In this document: positions 49,946 to 54,027 of the stretch, in pieces
How positions within the stretch are numbered: position 1 is the first letter of the stretch
How the letters are laid out: each line of letters opens with the position of its first letter
Assembly: GCF_001194135.2 (NCBI RefSeq)
Contig: NC_068999.1
Location: forward strand, 24,905,960-24,959,986
Origin: Octopus bimaculoides
Lineage: Eukaryota
DNA: 54,027 nt
Direction of reading: 5' to 3'
Program-made: the position numbers and the translations under genes
Notes under the pieces: model-generated
Told to the model about the DNA's origin: nothing
Databases searched by the model: none
The model's input: only the letters and a program-made list of their open reading frames with translations

Positions 49946-50703
49946 AAACAATTATAAAATCATTAATTCTGGGTATACAGATCACGATTGAAATTCTATC
50001 ATTTCTTCTTAAAACTAGATTTATTTAAAGTTTTTCGGGGTCATTTTATCTTCTTTTTTTATTTATTATTTATATGGTTTACCATATTTCGCAGTGTCAA
50101 GGGAACTATTTTGTTTTTCTAAAATAAATCTTCAAAATTTATCATGCAACAAAAGTTACATTTTTTTTATAAGTCACTCTGAGGCCCAGATGGAGGATTA
50201 ATTCTCTGTATTGTAGAAGAAAAAATACAGGCTATGAAGTGGTCAGATGAGATTTACATGTCGCTACGTCACTCACAAAACACCGTACCAAAGTATGTGA
50301 ATGTGTTGAGACTTTTTTATCTTATATCTTTTATTTGTTTCAGTCAATATACTGCGGCTATGCTGGAGCATCGCATTGAAGAATTATTAGTCAAGTGACC
50401 TCAGTACTTATTTGTTTTTTTAATTTTTTAAAGTTTGGTACTTATTCTATCGGTTTCTTTTGCAAAACAGTTAAGTTGCGAGGACGTAAACACACCAACA
50501 CCGATTGTCAAGCGGTAGTAGGGGAAAGACACACATACACACACACACACACACATATGCAGTAGTCCCCCGGTATTCGCGGGAGTTACGTTCCTAGAGC
50601 ACTCGCGAATAGTGAAAAACCGCGAATATTGGACGTGGTCCATAAAAATGTCTATAAATGTCAAAATATAACGTAAAATATTATATATATATATTATATA
50701 TAT

Positions 50704-50737
<34 letters not shown>

Positions 50738-50760
50738 ATATATATATTATATAGGCATAT

Positions 50761-51610
50761 ATATACTACATATGTGGGAAATTCTGTCTGTGGGTGCATT
50801 CGTGGAGTTGTTAGCTAACTCCTCCTACACCGTTTTATCGATTTTGATGAAACTTGACACGTGACTAGAGCTCATGTCTGGAAACCTCATGACATACTCA
50901 GATTGTTGAAAGAAAAATCAATAATAGGGCCCCTGGAAGGGATCCTTATATATAACCAAGGAAAATAACCCATTCATTTTACTAAATTATTTAGTAAAAA
51001 TGAAATTGAGTATGCTTATTTCGTAGTACTTGAACTGTTAGAGTTATTTTCGCAATTTATTCAGTACAGCCCTTAAACACATAAATAGTATTTTCCTAAA
51101 CAATAGATTCACTTATTTTGGTTAGTGGCTTATTCACGAATATAGCAACACTAGCGCCCCTGAGGGTAATATTCTCTGGGAACGCACAAAAGCCTTTTTC
51201 AGAGTTATTTACTTTGAATTGTTATTATCTCATATCTGATTAGCCTGTTATTACGTAACACGCTTCACGATTTTAGTATACATACCTTACTAGTATTTCT
51301 TCCTAAGTTCTATATTCTCTGGGAACACAATAAAGCCTTTTCGGGGCTACTTTATTTGAATTCTTACTATCGGGTAACTAATTTCATGTTATTACATATC
51401 TTACTTCACAATTCGGGCATTCATGATTTATTGGGAATTCCTAAAAACAAGATCTTGTGTAAGACAGTTCGTTATTCTCTGTAAATGCACAAAAACCATT
51501 TTAAGGGCTACGTACTTTGTATTGTTGATATTAGATTAGTGAAATAATTATGAGAACGGAACTAAAGGATAAGCCCCACTTTCCCGGGAATTACCGGGTA
51601 CGTCAGTTAG
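50761..51610 (+). mobile_element. Non-autonomous Helitron-like element, unit 1
   Basis: 3' hairpin cccgg-gaatta-ccggg (51583-51598) then ...gttag|t. Three degenerate ~150 bp internal subrepeats starting tattctctg (51172, 51313, 51474). Confidence 0.65.
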
Positions 51611-51974
51611 TCTACTACATATGTGGGAAATTCTGTCTGTGGGTGTGTTTGTGGAGTTGTTAGCTAACTCCTCCTACATTGTTTTATCGATTTTGATGAA
51701 ACTTGACACGTGAGTAGAACTCATGTCTGGAAACCTCGTGGCATACTCAGACTGTTGAAAAAAAAATCGATAACAGGGCCCCTGGAAGGGATCCTTATAT
51801 ATATCTAATATATTTCATTTTAACAGCCAAGGGAAATAACCCATTCATTTTCCTAAAATCATTTGGTATAAATTAAACTGTGTATGCTTATTTCTTAGTA
51901 TTTGAACTGTTAGAGTTAATTTTGCAATTTATCCAGTACAACCCTTAAACAAGTAAATAGTATTTTCCTAAACA
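51611..51974 (+). mobile_element. Helitron-like unit 2, head-to-tail, 3'-truncated
   Basis: Starts TC (tctactacatatgtggg) and closely matches 50761-51100. Confidence 0.7.
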
Positions 51975-52513
51975 TCTTCCAGAACAAGCCAGTTTCGTCC
52001 ATACTGAAAACCTGTTCCAGCTTGTATCCCTTCCAGCTTGTATCCCTTCTCCCTTGCTGGTTTTAAAATCTTCGGGCTCTGGTGCTGTCAATGGTCTTGG
52101 TTGCGGTTCTTCGGTGCTTTCTGCCCCATCTCCTCCATCAAACTGCTGGTATAATTTCCTCGCTTTCTCGCGGACGATGTCACCGCTGAAGGGGATGTTT
52201 TTCTTCTTGCAGTCGCTGATCCACAGTGCCAAATCAGATTCTATCTGACGAAGTACTTATTTCTTACTGTCGTTATCTTTTTGGCACTGTCACAGAAACT
52301 TACTGCTATGGTAGTCCTGATCACCACCTCGTTCTTCTTTATGGAGCATATGATGCTTTTGTTGACAACATAATAGCGATCTACTGCAGCATAACTTTTA
52401 CCTTCCAGGAACATATCCAACAGTTGTGCCTTCTGGTAGGGAGTCATAACCTTTTTCTGACGCTTAGGTTCACTGCCAGAAGCTTTAGAAGGTGTAGGGC
52501 GTCTGGGCGGCAC
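51975..52513 (-). pseudogene. Tigger/pogo transposase N-terminus (CENP-B-type HTH and HTH_Tnp_Tc5), frameshifted, DDE domain missing
   Basis: MPPRRPTPSKASGSEPKRQKKVMT...K-QLLDM...SIICSIKKNE and ESDLALWISDCKKKNIPFSGDIVREKARKLYQQF...FKTSKG. Confidence 0.88.
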
Positions 52514-52740
52514 TTTAGGGCTTTAATAACATGCAGCAAAAAACACAGCACTGAGCAAAGTATCAGAGATAGCTACTGGACGCAGTTTTTCCAAAAAAAA
52601 AAAAAGAAAAGAAACCTACAAAATATCTTGCGTCTAATATGCGCATACCACCAGTGGAAGATTGAGCAGAGACTGAAAATAATCATAATTTTGAAAAATT
52701 TAGTTTGTATTACCACAAGATACAATAATCTATACTATGA

Positions 52741-52781
<41 letters not shown>

Positions 52782-53225
52782 GAGGGACCAACAAGTAACC
52801 TAATTTCAATGAAGCTATATTGGCTCACGACCTTAAAAATTTTCCTGTTGAAATGAACATTGTGTATGATCAAATGTAGCGATGATTTAAAAAAAAAAAA
52901 GGCGCTGGTAGTCGCTAGACCAATTAGCAAGCTTTGATTGAAAGCAGGAATAAGAGATACAAGATACAGTGTACATGTATCGAAAAAAAAAAAAAAAAAA
53001 TCAGGCGACGTGATGCGCGGCTGTTCAAATCAGAGGGACCTTCAGCTGTGAAGGAGCGTCCAGTAAACCAGCTAATAATGGTATATTATTGTTAATAGTT
53101 AAGCCTTAAAAAAGTGTGAAAAAGTATGTATTGCCAAAAAAATGCCTTAAAAAATCGCGGACGATATTTACGATTCCGCAAACAATTATTAGTTCCGCGA
53201 ATAAACGGGGGTACACTGTGTATAT

Positions 53226-53401
53226 ATTCGCCATGATAGATCGCTAACCACTACGCACATTTTTTTCTCTCCTTCTTTCTTTCTGTGGAAGAGCGTAGGC
53301 TCGAAACTTTTTCAATTCCCGAGCGTTATACTAATACATCTGTTTGTTTTCTACACCACTTGTCTTTGTGTGTTGTTTGTTTTTTTTGTGAATTCTCCCT
53401 A
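53226..53401 (+). mobile_element. Solo pLTR end of Penelope-like family A
   Basis: Matches 2366-2532 and the reverse complement of 1-195. Confidence 0.7.
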
Positions 53402-53413
53402 TATATGGATGTG

Positions 53414-53457
<44 letters not shown>

Positions 53458-54027
53458 ACAGGCTTCTTTTAGTTTTTTTGTCTACCAGATCCACTCACAA
53501 GGTCGGTCCGAGGCTATAGTAGAAGACGCTTGCCCACAAAACTATGTGGTTGGGAAGCAAGCTTCTTGTTTAATTTTCTATTAAATTTTTCCAGTCAATG
53601 AAGTTGTACAGCCCGTGATGCCAAGAAATTCAACAGTTTATTACTTTGGTATAATTTTACTGCGTAGTTTAATTATTCGTGAACCTGATGTGTACTTTAA
53701 TTTATTCTTAAGTCCAACGTTTAGGTTGAGGAATTTCAACCATGTTTCGTGGTCTGCTACCACAACAGCTCCTTTATAGGATCCAGTTAGCTGAAGACAT
53801 CATCAGGAGGAACCACGTCCGGTTTCGGCCCCTACTCCTCTACCGTTTTGACGTGGCGGGGCCCCTCCTTTCGGAAGTGTCTTCAACTCTGGTGTTGGGT
53901 GCATGTCTTCTTTCTTCTATTCCCTGGCCTCTTCGATGCAGCATCAACGAGTGTCAGCGTCCGACTGATCGTCGTGTCAAGTTCCCCTTTTTATATCTGC
54001 TGCTAGGCTCCAGCAGGCAGCCCCAGC

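Larger units (their letters stand above)
50560..53218 (-). mobile_element. Tigger/pogo-type DNA transposon, internally deleted and interrupted
   Basis: Imperfect TIRs cagtagtcccccggtattcgcgg (50560) and ccgcgaataaacgggggtacactg (to 53218). The flanks are TG rather than a clean TA. Transposase N-terminus lies inside. Confidence 0.7.

Noticed and set aside
53715-53830. Minus-strand CUGAUGA ... GAAAC-AUG-GUU resembling an extended hammerhead
   Set aside because: Helix I and the base of helix II pair poorly, and the element is cut by the window edge.
1-54027. CRISPR arrays, rRNA or intact tRNA genes
   Set aside because: No regularly spaced repeat-spacer array and no rRNA similarity. The tRNA-like segments lack a proper acceptor stem and belong to SINEs or pLTRs.

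Overview
AT-rich, microsatellite-dense animal DNA with N gaps. The tRNA-derived SINE families look like those of octopus (inference). No prokaryotic-type genes, CRISPR array, rRNA or intact tRNA were seen. Left part (1 to ~33.4 kb): strongly CpG-depleted and apparently the 3' body of an unnamed plus-strand gene. I assembled this gene by eye from many small, phase-compatible exons. It includes one exon with decayed tandem copies, a duplicated last exon, and an AATAAA at 33405. Right part: CpG-rich, with the first coding exon of a convergent minus-strand membrane protein (40293-40527). The rest is transposon debris: three Penelope-like (GIY-YIG) elements, two carrying hammerhead-ribozyme motifs and one of these also a tRNA-like Pol III cassette; R4/Dong-like, CRE-like, RTE and L2/CR1-group LINE relics; a TIR-bounded mariner; a Tigger/pogo element interrupted by tandem Helitron-like units; and many SINEs. 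All gene models are unverified predictions. Repeat coordinates are approximate to about 10-20 bp.
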